Shown piece by piece: positions 1 to 12,594 of a DNA stretch of 64,000 nucleotides; the first letter of the stretch is position 1; the number at the start of each line of letters is the position of its first letter. The stretch lies in the NCBI RefSeq assembly GCF_964355755.1, contig NC_092676.1, positions 16,696,871 through 16,760,870 of the forward strand, in the 5' to 3' direction. The notes under the pieces were generated by a model. The model saw nothing but the letters and a program-made list of their open reading frames with translations, ran no database searches and had not been told where the DNA came from. A program made the translations under genes and the position numbers. The DNA is from Antedon mediterranea. Its lineage: Eukaryota; Animalia; Echinodermata.

Positions 1-1298
1 ATACAGTGTACTCATTACAAGATCTTTTAAATAAACTAAGCATATTATTGTAATAGGTGGGGATTGGTAGTTAACATTGACAAAAGTAAAATAATAGTAT
101 TTTAAAAAAATGGAAAACTTAAGAACTACGAAAAGTGGAATTATCTTGGTAAAGAAATTGAAATAGTAAAATCTCTTAAATATCTAGGAGTCACTTTCGA
201 TTGTTCAGGAAATTGGGAAAAGGCCAGAGAACAAAATAATACACAGGCTAATAAAGCACTTTTCTCACTCAAAAATATAAAATCTACCAGTGAATATTTG
301 GAACTACTTATTTGATGTTAAAATAAACCCAATTATACTGTATGGTAGTGAAATATGAGGAAAACTAAACAACAAAAAAATTGATGATATTCAAAATAAT
401 TTCTGTAGATATGTTTTAGGGGTCGGGAAATCAGCCACAAATGTTTCAATTAGAGGAGAATGTGGACGATTCTCTTTATCAATCGAAAGTGTACTCAATG
501 TTATCCGTTATTGGGTAAGACTAATAAATATGAACGAGGACAAATATGCGAAGAAATGTTATAAATCTCAACTTCATAAAGCGCAAAATAATAGTAATTG
601 TTGGGTAAGCGATGTAAAACATATGTTATGCTCTATTGGTCATGGAAACATATGGTTTTCACAAAATAATGTCCTTGATAAATTTTATATAGTTAATAAA
701 ATAAAAGAAAGGCTAACCGATATGGAACGCCAATCCTTTCTTGAAAGCATAAATATTTCTTCAAAATTAAGATACTATAAAATGTTCAAAAACAATTTCG
801 GAGTAGATGGATACTTACTACAGACCCTTGATACTAGATATAGGCGAGCTTTAAGTCAACTAAGACTGGGCACACTTCAACTAGAGGTAGAAAGGGGAAG
901 ATGGAAAAGAATAGAGCGCAGCAATAGGTTATGTAAAATATGTAATATAAATGAAGTTGAAGATGAATATCATTTTGTTACAGTTTGCTCTCGTTACAAG
1001 GAAATCAGAAAAAAATGTATACCTTCTTTATTTTTGGAAAATCCAAATACTTTTAAATTCTGCCGTTTAATGTCATCACAGGATCCAATAATTATTGATA
1101 ATCTATCTAAATATATTTATCATGCTTATAAGTTAAGATATATGTTTTGCTTAGAGAACGAAATTAATTAATTCATTTATCTTGTGACCATAAATTGCTT
1201 TATTTTCAATGTAATTATTATTTTGTTAATTACTAGGGGCCAGAGGCTTAAAGTAAATAAAGTCAGGCGATAAGCCTGAATGAATGAATGAATGAATG
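1..1298 (+). mobile_element. Non-LTR retrotransposon 3' portion, probably RTE-X clade; disrupted ORF, runs off the window start
   Basis: End of an RT domain (YCNRWGLVVNIDKSKIIVF, KYLGVTF) broken by stops and frameshifts. ORF 530-1171 carries LEVERGRW..RLCKICNINEVEDEYHF..C (C-terminal CCHC-type motif). Followed by AATAAA (~1256) and a (TGAA)n tail at 1277-1298. Confidence 0.8.
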
Positions 1299-1539
1299 TT
1301 TCGGCTATAACATTGCCAGTGGAATTCAAATCTGTGTGTCTATTATTAATTCCGTTCTGTTTTTTTGTTTAAAGTGCCCGACATGCGTTTCCACCAGCAT
1401 TTCATTCATTGATTCGTTTCCTCTAGATAATGATTCAGCTGCCTGCAGATTGTTCTTGTAATCGAGCTTTGCATTTTTCAAACGATTCAGTATAAATAAA
1501 TATGATCATTATGTCTATTTGACAAAATATGTATATACA

Positions 1540-2460
1540 CAGGTTAACCTTATATAATTTTATCTGGAATAACAAACGGGAAAAGATAAAAGGAAAAACG
1601 CTAATTGGTGATAATGAGATGGGAGGCATTAAAATGCCTGATTTGATGCGCCGCACTAAATGTGTGGATGGTTAAACAGAATTATGAATGGTGATGGTGG
1701 AAAAGAATTCCAAAAAATATGTGATGTTAATATCTAACATAATAAGGTCATGTTCTAGTATTATTGATATTAATTCAGCTAATATTCCACTGTTTATAAA
1801 AATAGGATAAAAGCTTACATAAATTATAATATATTTTCTAAATAAGAACCTAAAACGTGTAATGATATAATGAATGAGCAACTGTGAAACCACACTTTGT
1901 GGCATCGTATGAAAACAAATTCTTAACATTAAACGCAATACTATTGAAACTAAAATTTAAAACAACATGGTAAAATGAGTATTTGTGTATTATTAAGGCA
2001 ATACCAATTCAGTGGAAATGTTTTGTTAAAGATACAGATATTTTTGGATGATTATAATGAGTTAAACAAATATGAAATTACAATGGGATGAGTATTTCAA
2101 TGACAACAATAAAAATTGGAAAACATCTTGGTTATGAAAAATATGTCAATTGAAATATAAGAAACTAGCGCAATTCAATTTTTAGATGCTATATATAGCA
2201 ACAAACGGCCTTATCAAACAAAAACGTGTGATAAATGTGGAGGAATTGAAAATGAAAATCATTTATTTTTCAGTTGTACATTTATTAAGAATTTTGGAAG
2301 AAAGTGTTCATAAGTTTACACCACAAAAAATAGTATATCATTTAAGCATTTTATACTAGGAACGGGAGACAATCTAGTTAATGTTATAACGATGCTTTTA
2401 AACAAAAATGTTAACGATGCATTAGGCATATCGTCGTTGTGTTAACTTTTGTTTTGCTTT
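1540..2460 (+). mobile_element. Highly degraded L1/Tx1 ORF2 C-terminal remnant
   Basis: FIWNNKREKIKGKTLIGDNEMGGIKMPDL at ~1558-1645 (post-RT GG-x-x-x-P-D motif) and CDKCGGIENENH near 2228-2262; many stops. Confidence 0.6.
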
Positions 2461-2497
2461 TTAAACTTCTTTTGAAGTGTAGTATAGAAACATATAA

Positions 2498-2676
2498 AGC
2501 TTGGTTCCCACTAGAACGTAACGCAAGGACGTAAACGCAACGCAAGCGTTTTAACCAATGACAAGCAAAGTTATAGACAGTTAGCAATCACAAGCGAATA
2601 AGCCATCGCTTGTGATTGGTCAATTCACTTGCGTTGCGTTACGTCCTTGCGTTGCGTCGCTAGTGGGAACCACGCT
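2498..2676. mobile_element. Palindromic MITE, PIF/Harbinger-like
   Basis: TIR AGCTTGGTTCCCACTAG / CTAGTGGGAACCACGCT, TAA target duplication (2495-2497, 2677-2679), long internal palindrome; near-identical copy at 62821-62991. Confidence 0.85.
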
Positions 2677-3332
2677 TAAGAAGATTAATAAAACAAATGA
2701 GACCAAATGGAATATAAAGTGAATTTAAATCATTTAAAAATGTTTTAGACCTACCACTGATGAAGTTTTATAAAATTGTAATTATAAACAATTATATTAA
2801 CAACAATTTAATAATGATGAAAATAATATGAAGATTTTATCTTGATCATAACTATGATGATATTAATGTGAATAAAAGTGGGTTTACGCAACAAAAGAGA
2901 AGAAGAAAAGACAAGCTTGATTGCGTCATGGAGTGGCAAAAGAAAACATCTTCTATCGCACATTACGCATGCCCCTATTTAATTTTTCTTTGAAGGTTTA
3001 TAGCCTTTGTCCATTTTTTAAGGTGAATTCATAATTTGGGACAAGTTAGGTTATCTGCGCAAATGCAACATGTACACACTTTAGAATATAACAACAACAA
3101 ATTGATTATACGACCTGAAGCAAATATGTTAATAGTGTGCTGAATGGTGTTTATTTTGTTTATGTTTGTGTTTTAGATGATTAATAACATTTTAAAGTAT
3201 AGTGTTTATTGTTTAGTAGGGGTAGAGGTGCTTATTCGAGAGATATATGTTAATTTTTTTAGTTTTAATAATATGGTAACATTTATAATCAAATGAAATC
3301 CTCTAATAGATATGAAAAGTGGTAAAAAAGAA

Positions 3333-3620
3333 TAAGATAAGATAAGATAAGATAACTTTTATTGATCCTCAAAAAGGAAATTCATTGCTCGTCATAATAA
3401 CAAAGAAAACACAATAAAAACAAATATAGCATAAAACCATTCATATAAAAACATCTAAAAAAAATTACAAGATAAAATTATCTTCTTGACTTCCTGTGGT
3501 ACTGGATGATACCGGAGGGAATAAAGGATTTAGCAAATCGATTTGTTTTCACACTGAGGAGCCTCAATCTACCACTTGGATTAAGTTGGTCTATGATCAT
3601 TTTGTGGAGAGGCATTCATC
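3333..3620 (-). mobile_element. Rex/Babar-like LINE 3' end fragment with microsatellite tail
   Basis: Minus strand reads PSGRLRLLSVKTNRFAKSFIPSGI (typical C-terminus of Rex1/Babar-like ORFs), then AATAAA and a (TCTTA)n tail at 3333-3355. Confidence 0.6.
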
Positions 3621-5796
3621 CGACTCAATAACAAATGAATAACAAATGCTTGGTAAATTGTAGATAACAGTGCGATGAATTCTACTACAAATAGTATAAT
3701 GATTATTATTCAAAGTGATGTTTTATTGGAGAGGCGTTTATTCAAATAAATACCATCCTAATAATTATTAATACATTATTTAATTTAAACATCTTTTGAA
3801 ACTAACTGCCGTGACAGAGTGGGCCCAAGAAAGAAGACATTGCGGCTTACAACATGGGCAGACATCTCGGTCCTAACGGGACACAGATAGCCTACAGTTA
3901 TTCCTGCCAGCTTACTCAATCAACTATCGGGATTTCACTCGATTTTAAACAAAATGTCTTATCATCAAATCTCCCTATGTAATTTTATAATACTATTTCC
4001 CACAATATATTCCGATTCTTTATGGCGTATATTTAATTTGATCTTTATTTATTTGCAGTATAATTTTTATTTTTTAACTACTGTACCTTCACACACGCGC
4101 GGTCCGTTGTACAGGCATGAATTTTAAATATAATATCTGGTTCATTGTACATAAATCAAATATTTGTACAGAAATCAAGACAAAAAACATGAATTTTTCT
4201 AAATATGGTCAAATACAAATTTTAGCAAAATTCTGCCATTAAAACCAAGAAGACTTTTTTCAGTAGTTAGGTAATTTAACCTAATGTAATAACATGTCTG
4301 GTGACTCCCTGGAAGATGAAAAAATATGGTGGATATACGGTGGATAATTTTTGCTATAGCATGAAAATAAAAATCTGAAGTTGAATAAAAATACCAGAAA
4401 TGTAAAATTCAAGTTATATTACCTATATTTAGTCATCTGATGACATTTTTTACCACACCGTTTATTTTTCATAGCTTTTTAAAATGGCTCTCTATTTACA
4501 AAATTTGTGTACAAACGAATAGAGATTTTACTGTGTAATTTGAACTATCCCCCCCACTGATAAGAAAGTGCATCATATTTTCAACAAACTCGTGTAACAC
4601 AAATAAAATCCCAAAAATTATGAAACATAGGGGAAACTATAGATCGATAATTATTGGAATATATGATCAATAGAAATGTTTTGCTCGTACCTGGCCTTTA
4701 AGCTCCAGTCCTACTATCGGTTTTTTTCTTCTTTCTTCCAAAGGGACACTGTATTGATTAATGGAAATTGCCTGTTTCCAGTCACCTTTAGTGTCAAATC
4801 TATTATTTTAACTGCTCCCTTGTGTATAAAAGAGAGAAAATGGTTGAAACCAGGTTGTTGCAAGGTGAACCCGGAAATTACTTTGAGCACGAAGAATTTA
4901 AATTGAGTTGAAAATCTACTGTTGAAATCATAAATTTTGTTAAAAAACTCTTTATAATATCTTCCTAAGATAGAAATATGGAACAATAGCGTCATGTGAA
5001 AACTAATGTTATCAAATCTACGTTTCGCGGTACATCTGAGATAGATAAGGTAGGTATCCAAGGCCGAGATTTGTACCGAAGTTTTTGCATTGTGCTCGCC
5101 TATGTCAGAATTAACCATAATTTATATATAGATAAACGGCTTCACACTGCCTTTTACAATCCAAAAGCCAACACTTTACAATTCTCCAATCCTTTGCTAT
5201 GGCGGCTCCTTTGTGTGTTTTAGCATTATTATCAAGCCTTTTACGATCCAAAATCTAAATCTTTGCTATAGCTACTTTTTTTTCGGTTTTCCCCAACTTT
5301 ATTTGCTTTTCGTTTAATGGCACTAATGGCTCAGGCCTACCTAATTCTACAACATCTCTCATAAACGATGTGTGTCAAGTTTACTATGTTGATGTAAACA
5401 TTTATATTTTTATAGACCATTTTTAGAAAAATAGTTAAAAACAATCAAAACATTGAAACGGCATAACATCTAATTTAATTTTTAACTTCATTTTAACTTT
5501 GTCAATGACTCCAATGGAAATAAACTTGAGTTATTGGTTTTGTTGAACGATTAAATTTATTTTCTGAATTTTTAACGGGGTTTAAACATTTTTAAAAAAT
5601 AGTTTAATACGATTTTAAATATTTTTAAAAATATATTTAACGTTGGTTTATAATATGGGTTTTTTTTAGGTTTTGTTTTTATTTTTTTATGAACCGTTAT
5701 TGGCCTATGTGGAATGTTATTTTGATCAAATGAATGAACATCTCAACCTTTGAATCTTTTCATAGAATTTTATAGTGTATAGTGTGTAGTGTGTAT

Positions 5797-6295
5797 AGGT
5801 TCGAATCCCGTCAGAGACATTTTTTCATACATTAAAAAAAATACGGAACTTTCGCCAATGAGCTATGCTCGACGCGATTATGAGATCATGTTCCGAATAT
5901 GAGCACTGTTTCTATAATTTACAGTATGATTTATTATAATTTACACAGTGCTACGCAACATCATTGATTTACATATACACAATATTATTTTAAAAACCGT
6001 TGCGAATTAAAGTTGGAATTTATTCTGACTTGTTAAGCCTCCACTGATTGTGAGGGCGTTTGTTGTATGAGAGAATGTATCTGGTGGGTGAAAATCTGTG
6101 ATAATACCATACATGGCTCTGTGGTCTAGTGGTATGATACTCGCCCTGTAAGCGAGAGGTTGCAGGTTCGAATCCCGTCAGAGACATTTTTTCATACAAC
6201 TAAAAAAATACGGAACTTTCGCCAATGAGCTATGCTCGACGCGATTATGAGATCATGTTCCGAATATGAGCACTGTTTCTATAATTTACAGTATG

Positions 6296-6299
<4 letters not shown>
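5797..6299 (+). repeat. Tandem duplication (~367-bp offset) of a tRNA-like-containing unit
   Basis: 5797-5933 is nearly identical to 6164-6299 (AGGTTCGAATCCCGTCAGAGACA...ACAGTATGATTTA). Confidence 0.85.
6115..6186 (+). pseudogene. tRNA-like sequence (tRNA-Pro-like body, TGT in anticodon position); pseudo-tRNA or SINE head
   Basis: 72 nt with A box TGGTCTAGTGG, B box GGTTCGAATCC, anticodon stem CTCGC/GCGAG and a T6 terminator at 6187-6192. One mismatch each in the acceptor and T stems, and C instead of U at position 33. Confidence 0.7.

Positions 6300-6339
<40 letters not shown>
6299..6339. repeat. (TA)n microsatellite
   Basis: About 20 perfect TA units. Confidence 0.95.
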
Positions 6340-6341
<2 letters not shown>

Positions 6342-6879
6342 ATCATATATATATTCTACAAAATTTGGGGTGGCCCGGGTCGGCTTGAGTTCAAGATACT
6401 GGGATTGAACAGATGAATGTTCTCCGGAGTGTGAAGACACACCGATGGTCGATGTGAAAGTATGCGCTGCCTACCAACATCAAACTTAGGAGTTGGTCAA
6501 AAGGTCATCCTCGCACGATAAATTATTGCTTTAGTTTATTTTAAAATACATTAAATGTTTATAAAAAATATACAGGTCTAAAAATTAATAAATACTATAA
6601 AATATTATAGACTTTTGAAAAGAGTGTGCGGTATTTACAATTTTATTTTAAAAACTCGGTTGATGTGTATGGGTTGAAGACCTTTAAAGACATCCTTTTT
6701 TGCATGTGAATGTAAGTACAATTCATAACAATTATTATAATAATATTTTGAAGGACATTTGATTGCCGAGGACTGTATTTTTTTAGAACTCTTCGTTAAG
6801 GCACCTCTAGCTATGTGTCATAGTTTTCGTTTTACTTCAAGAGTCTGCTGTAATAATGTTGATTGTATTTTGTTTTTAT

Positions 6880-7180
6880 ACAGTAAGACCGCAGAAATGA
6901 CTGAATTCTTTTATCAACTTGGATATCCAAATGACATTGTTGATAAATCATTGGATAAGATACACACCGTCACTCATGAAGAAGCTTTCAAACCTAAAGT
7001 TCACGATGTGTCTGATCGTACGTCTTTAGTTTTAACATTCCATCCTACTTCAAAGAAAATCGAAAAAATCCTCATGGATAACTACCGTACCATATCTTGG
7101 AATCTGACCCAGTAAATAAAAACATTTTTAATGTACATCCCATGATATCATATAAACGAGATCGTAATCTTAAAGATCAG
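6880..7180 (+). mobile_element. Penelope-like element, 5' piece (RT thumb/linker)
   Basis: GYPNDIVDK...SLVLTFHP...PMISYKRDRNLKD is the typical Penelope linker; continues at 13617 after a ~6.4-kb nested insertion. Confidence 0.8.
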
Positions 7181-7966
7181 TTCCCGCAATATACCAGTAT
7201 GATGCTGGCGTCGTGCCGGTATCGTTACCGGCATATACCCATTCTCATCGGACTATCGTGCCGTAAATATAACCGGTATATACCGGCTTTCTGTGAGAAA
7301 AGAGTCGGACATAAGGCCTAAAAAAAAAATTGTTTGTTTGCTGTCAAGTATTTTTTTTGGTAGGGGGGGCGGGTGGAAAAAAGTTGTTTTTTTGTTTTTT
7401 TTTTTTAATGTTAAATTCTCTGTTAATTGCTCGCGAATTTGAGAGTAACAAAACACACTGAATAAAACAACGAGCTCAAACATCTATTCATAATTTGTTT
7501 CACACTTTAATTCTGTTTTGGGCGCGTTAGGCCCCGTGTCTAAACTAGCCTAGGCTAGGCCTACTACTACACAGTAGGTCGTTGTTAGCAGGCCTAATTA
7601 AATATTTTAATTTTTAGAAGTTAGTGTACCGTATATTTTGGTGTATAAGTCGCACCTGTGTATAATAAGACGCACCCGACCCCTAACTGAGAGTAAAATA
7701 TCGGTATTTTGTATATCGTCGATGTATAAGACGGCCGCGCCCAGCCTCAACAAGAAGGGAAGTTCCCCATTCCGTCAGTTCTTTCTAACTTGTTATGAAT
7801 GAGTTTCGTACGCCGCAACATCGAGTGCATGACCGCACGTGTGTGTGGGCTAGCCTCGCTCGATCCTTTTATCGAGAGGCGCACGTTTTCACGGACAATC
7901 GTATTCGATTAGTATCTATGTATCCTAGAAGTGTGTACGCTAGGTCTATGCTATAATCAACTGGAG

Positions 7967-9608
7967 GGTTCTAGGACACCTACCCCCTAGACAGTTACCC
8001 CCCGGATGTTTACCACCCGGACAACTACCCCCTTAGGACAACTACCCCCCGGACAACTACCCCCCGGACAACTACCCCCTTAGGACAACTACCCCCTTAG
8101 GATAACAACCCCCCGGACAACTACCCCCCGGACAACCACCCCCTTAGGACAACTACCCCCTTAGGATAACTACCCCCCGGTCAACTACCCCCCCCCCCCC
8201 CCAATCCAAAAGTAGACAAATATATAGGACCGGTTTCTGTAAAAATGAAATCATCTGTTTTTAACGGGTGTTTCGAAACTAGAGACCCGAGACCAGAGAC
8301 CTGACACGAGACCCAATACGAAAAGGGAGACCTATATTTGGGTCTCCCTTTTCGTATATTAGGGTCTCCCTTTTCGTATAGTGTGGTCTCTCTTTTCGTA
8401 TAGTGGGGTCTCCCTTTTCTAATTATAGTGGGTCTCCCTTTTCGTATATTTAGGTCTCCCATTTCGTATATTTGGGTCTCCCTTTTTGTATATTTGGTCT
8501 CCCTTTTCGTATATTTAGGTCTCCCTTTTCGTATATTAGGGTCTCCCTTTTCGTATAGTGGGGTCTCCCTTTTCGTACGTGGGTCTCCCTTTTCGTATAT
8601 TTAGGTCTCCCTTTTCGTATTGGGTCTCGGGTCTCTGGTCTCTGGTCTCGGGTCTCTAGTTTCGAAACACCCGTTTTTAACCGATTATTCTGTTTAACAG
8701 CACGCTAGACCCTAGATGTGCTAGATTTAAAGTATCGTATTTATTGAAAAAACGGCCTGGGCTGTTTATTGTTTAGGTGGTTTTTAGGTGGACATTTATT
8801 GGAAGAAAGTTGTTTATTCAATGGGAGGGGGTATAATCTAATGGAAATAGACGCCGATTATTCCATATGATGTTTCATGGGAGTGACATGGTCACCGTTT
8901 ATTTGAGGGGAATTTATTTAAAGATCGACGTTTATTCGGTGAGTGAACATTGAGGTCAAATATCAAAAGTGATATTATTCTTCAAGTGTACAAAAATACA
9001 TATATGACAAATTTGAGACAAAAATTAATTCTTTTAAGACCAGTGGTTATCGAAGCATTGTCCTGACGCAAAAATTATTATTATTATTAGCGAACCCAGT
9101 CTTTACAGTAAATACATGGAGTACTATATAATACGTTCGACTATCCTATGATCATGTGTGACAATCTTCAGTTTATACCACCAGGCTATATTTATGTTCA
9201 ATCTTTTACTTTTGTTTACAATAATGAATAGTAATTCGTCAAAGTAACGAATTAAAATATAGTTATTAATTAATAGTTGCAGAGTCAGGTTGTTGAATGG
9301 TCTGGGTGGTTAGGGTGTTCTAAAGGGATAGTTTTCTGGGTGGTAATTGTCCGGGGGGTAATTGTCCGGGGGGTAATTGTCCGGGGGGTAATTGTTCCTA
9401 GGGGGTAATTGTCCGGGGGGTAGTTGTCCAGGGGGTAGTTGTCCTAAGGGGGTTGTTGTCCTAAGGGGGTAGTTGTCCGGGGGGTATTTGTCCGGGGGGT
9501 AGTTGTCCTAAAGGGGTAGTTGTCCTAAGGGGGTAGTGGTCCAGGTGGTGGTTGTCCGGGGGTAGTTGTCCGGGGGGTAAATGTCCAGGGGGTGAATATC
9601 CGGATACG
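7967..9608. mobile_element. Foldback/MULE-type element with arms built from ~15-bp tandem repeats
   Basis: (GGACAACTACCCCCC)n at 7975-8200 is inverted against (GGGGGGTAGTTGTCC)n at 9330-9603; direct repeat AACTGGAG at 7959-7966 and 9609-9616. Confidence 0.8.
8266..8672. mobile_element. MULE-type MITE with internal ~20-bp minisatellite
   Basis: Perfect ~36-bp TIR GGGTGTTTCGAAACTAGAGACCCGAGACCAGAGACC; 9-bp TSD GTTTTTAAC (8257-8265, 8673-8681); internal (GGGTCTCCCTTTTCGTATA..)n. Confidence 0.9.
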
Positions 9609-10179
9609 AACTGGAGAATATACTAGTCGAATAGGCTACCAGTCGGGCAGCAAAGTGGTTGACCTCGCGAATTATTACCAAATCAAAATTTGAATTGCCG
9701 CCATCTTGGAATCGCGATAAAGCAAGTAGTGCGGAATTACAAAATGCAGCAAAAAAAAATGTCAATAACATTTAAATAGCATATTCATACAATTAAATTT
9801 ATATTAATAAAATTCAACTAAGGATTTTACGAAAGATAGGCTACTTAAGAAATACTGCCGAGATCGGTTCCCCCACACGGCGTAGGGTACCGCAGTGCTA
9901 AGGGGCCTAGGTAGGAAAAAATCTGATTTTACCTGTTAAACATGCTTGAACCAAGGCCATTTTAATATATATTATCCAGATTATATATCAAAACAAACTG
10001 ATAAAAGGATTTGTTGATTTGCTTCTGATGAGAAAAGTGCCGGATTCATTTCGCTGACGGCGAATGAATACACGAATTTTCGCCATTTTCTAGCACTAGC
10101 CTTGGGTACCCAGACAGCTGATAACGATTATATTCGATTGTCCAGACGTCTCTGCTACTGGTGCTCAATACTACAGTAT

Positions 10180-10213
10180 GTATTACTATGGACCTATAGG
10201 TCCATGGTATTAC
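10180..10213. other. Putative P/Galileo-type excision footprint
   Basis: GTATTAC + TATGGACCTATAGGTCCATG (20-bp palindrome, first base C>T) + GTATTAC. Confidence 0.6.
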
Positions 10214-12594
10214 TGTACATATAGTACTGTATGTTTAGTTTTTGCTTTCTTTATGGCAAAATAAATATTTAATTTTTATTATTGCTTATTTTGCTTTAAC
10301 TTTATCCAAGAAGAAGTAAATATTATTATATATATGCATATTACAGTCAAGTTGCAACTGCCACGAATCCACTCCACTTTGGTTACTAACTAAATAATTA
10401 ATAGTATAACATCATAACTAACAAACAAATTAACAAGTTAATAAATTAACCACCATTAAATAATTTTATTTACAAAAAAGTATTTTACATACAGTATAAC
10501 ATGTAATATCTTATTTACATCGAAGTAAAATATGCCTATCAAACTATCTTGCTCAGGCTAAAATATCAAGTTATATATGTCAATATTTGAGTTAAATCAT
10601 CGCAATAATAAAATTTTTATTTTTTTTTTATTTTTAAAGACGTCTGTTACGTACATCAATTTACAAATATCAAAATAGGATTGTTTTTGCAGCACAAGAT
10701 GAATCACAAGTCGGATAGTTTATTCTTAGAAACCTGAAAGAAAAAAAAAACACCAATAATGAGCTATTCATAGTTAAATAATTTTAATGTCAACTTTAGT
10801 CATCCTAAATTTTGTCGCCATGATCACTACTATACACAATACTGTATATATAAATATCATATGTACGACCATCCAAATTACCTCATCCTACCACAGTCCT
10901 TCCTAGCCTAGGCTACATTATTGTCATATATTTACAAACCTCCAACAGCCACAACGTATTTTCTTTTCTTTGGCAAAGAATTTCCCGTAATATAGTCCTA
11001 AATTAATTAAATAAAAAGGTCTAGGCCTAGGCCTTTCTTTAAATGTCCGACGATATATATCCATAATCCAGTGGATATAGATTCAACATTTTAAACATAA
11101 TAATAATATGGCTTCACATTGATTATAATAAGTCGGCGATATGCCACTAAAAACTAGCCTGCGGCCCTCTCTATCCGCCTACAAATAGCACTGGGTTTCC
11201 GTCAAATGGGCTAGGCCTAGCCTAGGCCTAGATAATACTACAAGTTGGGTACATTTTTTTACAACCAAATAATCTACAATTATATTGCAATATTTACCAA
11301 ACTAGCACCAAATCTAAAATAAAAAAGCTACTAATAACATATTTTGGTATATTAACTGGTTTAAAAACGGATTGCACATAGTGATTTTGAAGGATTGAAA
11401 TTACTCAACCACACGGCCTGTACTAAACATACGAATCCAAGATGGAGTCTGCTTAGAATATATCCCCAGCTTTGAACGGATATTGAATCCGTCCCACAAG
11501 CTGAACCAAGCTTAAACTTTCAGAAAAGATAGATTAATAACCTAATAACCAACCACTAAGTTTTTATAAAGGTTCCGTGCTGATGAGAAAAGTGCCGGAT
11601 TCCCTACGAAACCAAACAAATAAATCATGTAGCCTACCTCAACGAACACCTCCATCTGCACCTTTTTCTTCAATAAGCTCTGTCGTCCTTTCCTGGGCTA
11701 TTTATACCAAAATTTTGTGGCGGGAATAATCTTCCATATTAGGAGTAACAATTTCCAAATATAGAAAGATATAATTTAACCCGGATAGTGGAAATTGCAG
11801 CAGATTTGTAAGGGTATTCCCATGCAAAATGCTTGCCGCGAAGTGAAAAGCGAACCGGAAGTCACTATAACTTGGCGATGCTCAGTGACCTGCGCAGTTA
11901 AAAAACAGCGTTTTAACGGTTAAATGAGCACTTTGCTGCTCGACTGCTACTGTGTACACAATGTGGTTGCCAAGAAGGGCTCGCTCGCGCTGGGGGTACG
12001 ACGGTCGTGCGTATAACTATAATACTATTCCAATCGTAAACGTCGTTTTCAAATGAAATTTTATCGGAGCGCCTAAAACAGCTCCATAATGAACAAATCT
12101 TTTCATCATATTTAGTACAAAATCACGCTAAAATGCCTTGAAAACTAGCAGGTTGCTGTTACGCTAGTATACTGTAGCTAGGCTAGGCCTACTCTTTAGA
12201 CTTTAGTAATACTAATAGGCCTAGGCCTTACCTTAAAAAGCCCAGGCCTAGCCAACGAGGTGGCGATCTGTGTGTTGAGGCATTTATGTTCGGTGTATAA
12301 GACGCACCCTTAATTTAGAGGTTAAATTTGCGTGTCAAAAGTGCGATTATACACCGAAATATACGCTACGTTATTATTTTTATTGTTTCATCCTCGCACA
12401 CTCAATTTTTACACCTTTTCGGCCAAAAAAAATCATAAAAAAAACTTTTTTTAAAGCGCCCTCAACGTAAAAAAAAACTTTTTCTTATTTCCGCCCCAAA
12501 TTTTTGGCGAAATTAGGGGCGGCGGATGACAGCAAACAAACTATTTTTTTTTTTGGCCTAATTATTCCGCCAATAAAAATGTAAAAAATTTTAA

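Larger units (their letters stand above)
7629..12366. mobile_element. Non-autonomous Tc1/mariner-superfamily (Tc2/pogo-like) element nested in the Zator-like element
   Basis: TIR CCGTATATTT(T/C)GGTGTATAA(G)TCGCAC; TA flanks at 7627-7628 and 12367-12368; subterminal TATAAGACGCACCC-like repeats. Confidence 0.75.
7315..12558. mobile_element. Non-autonomous TIR DNA transposon, Zator-like (or Harbinger-like)
   Basis: TIR GGCC(T/A)A(n)T(T/A)GTTTGTTTGCTGTCA at both ends; TAA duplication at 7312-7314 and 12559-12561. Confidence 0.75.

Noticed and set aside
4676-5223. Overlapping ORFs of 75-134 aa on both strands
   Set aside because: No recognisable motif or splice structure; could be a TE relic but cannot be supported.
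6115-6186. Functional tRNA-Thr(TGT)
   Set aside because: C33, mismatches in the acceptor and T stems, a Pro-like body and location in a duplicated unit argue for a pseudo-tRNA.
8330-8625. CRISPR-like array of ~20-bp repeats
   Set aside because: Units are contiguous with no unique spacers, lie between MULE TIRs, and there are no cas genes in this eukaryotic context.
8181-9771. ORFs 8181-8462 and 9508-9771 (-) with repetitive peptides
   Set aside because: Translations of the TE-internal tandem repeats.
10025-11612. CTGATGA boxes at 10025 and 11580 as hammerhead cores
   Set aside because: No stem II closing onto a GAAA box could be drawn; treated as a plain direct repeat.
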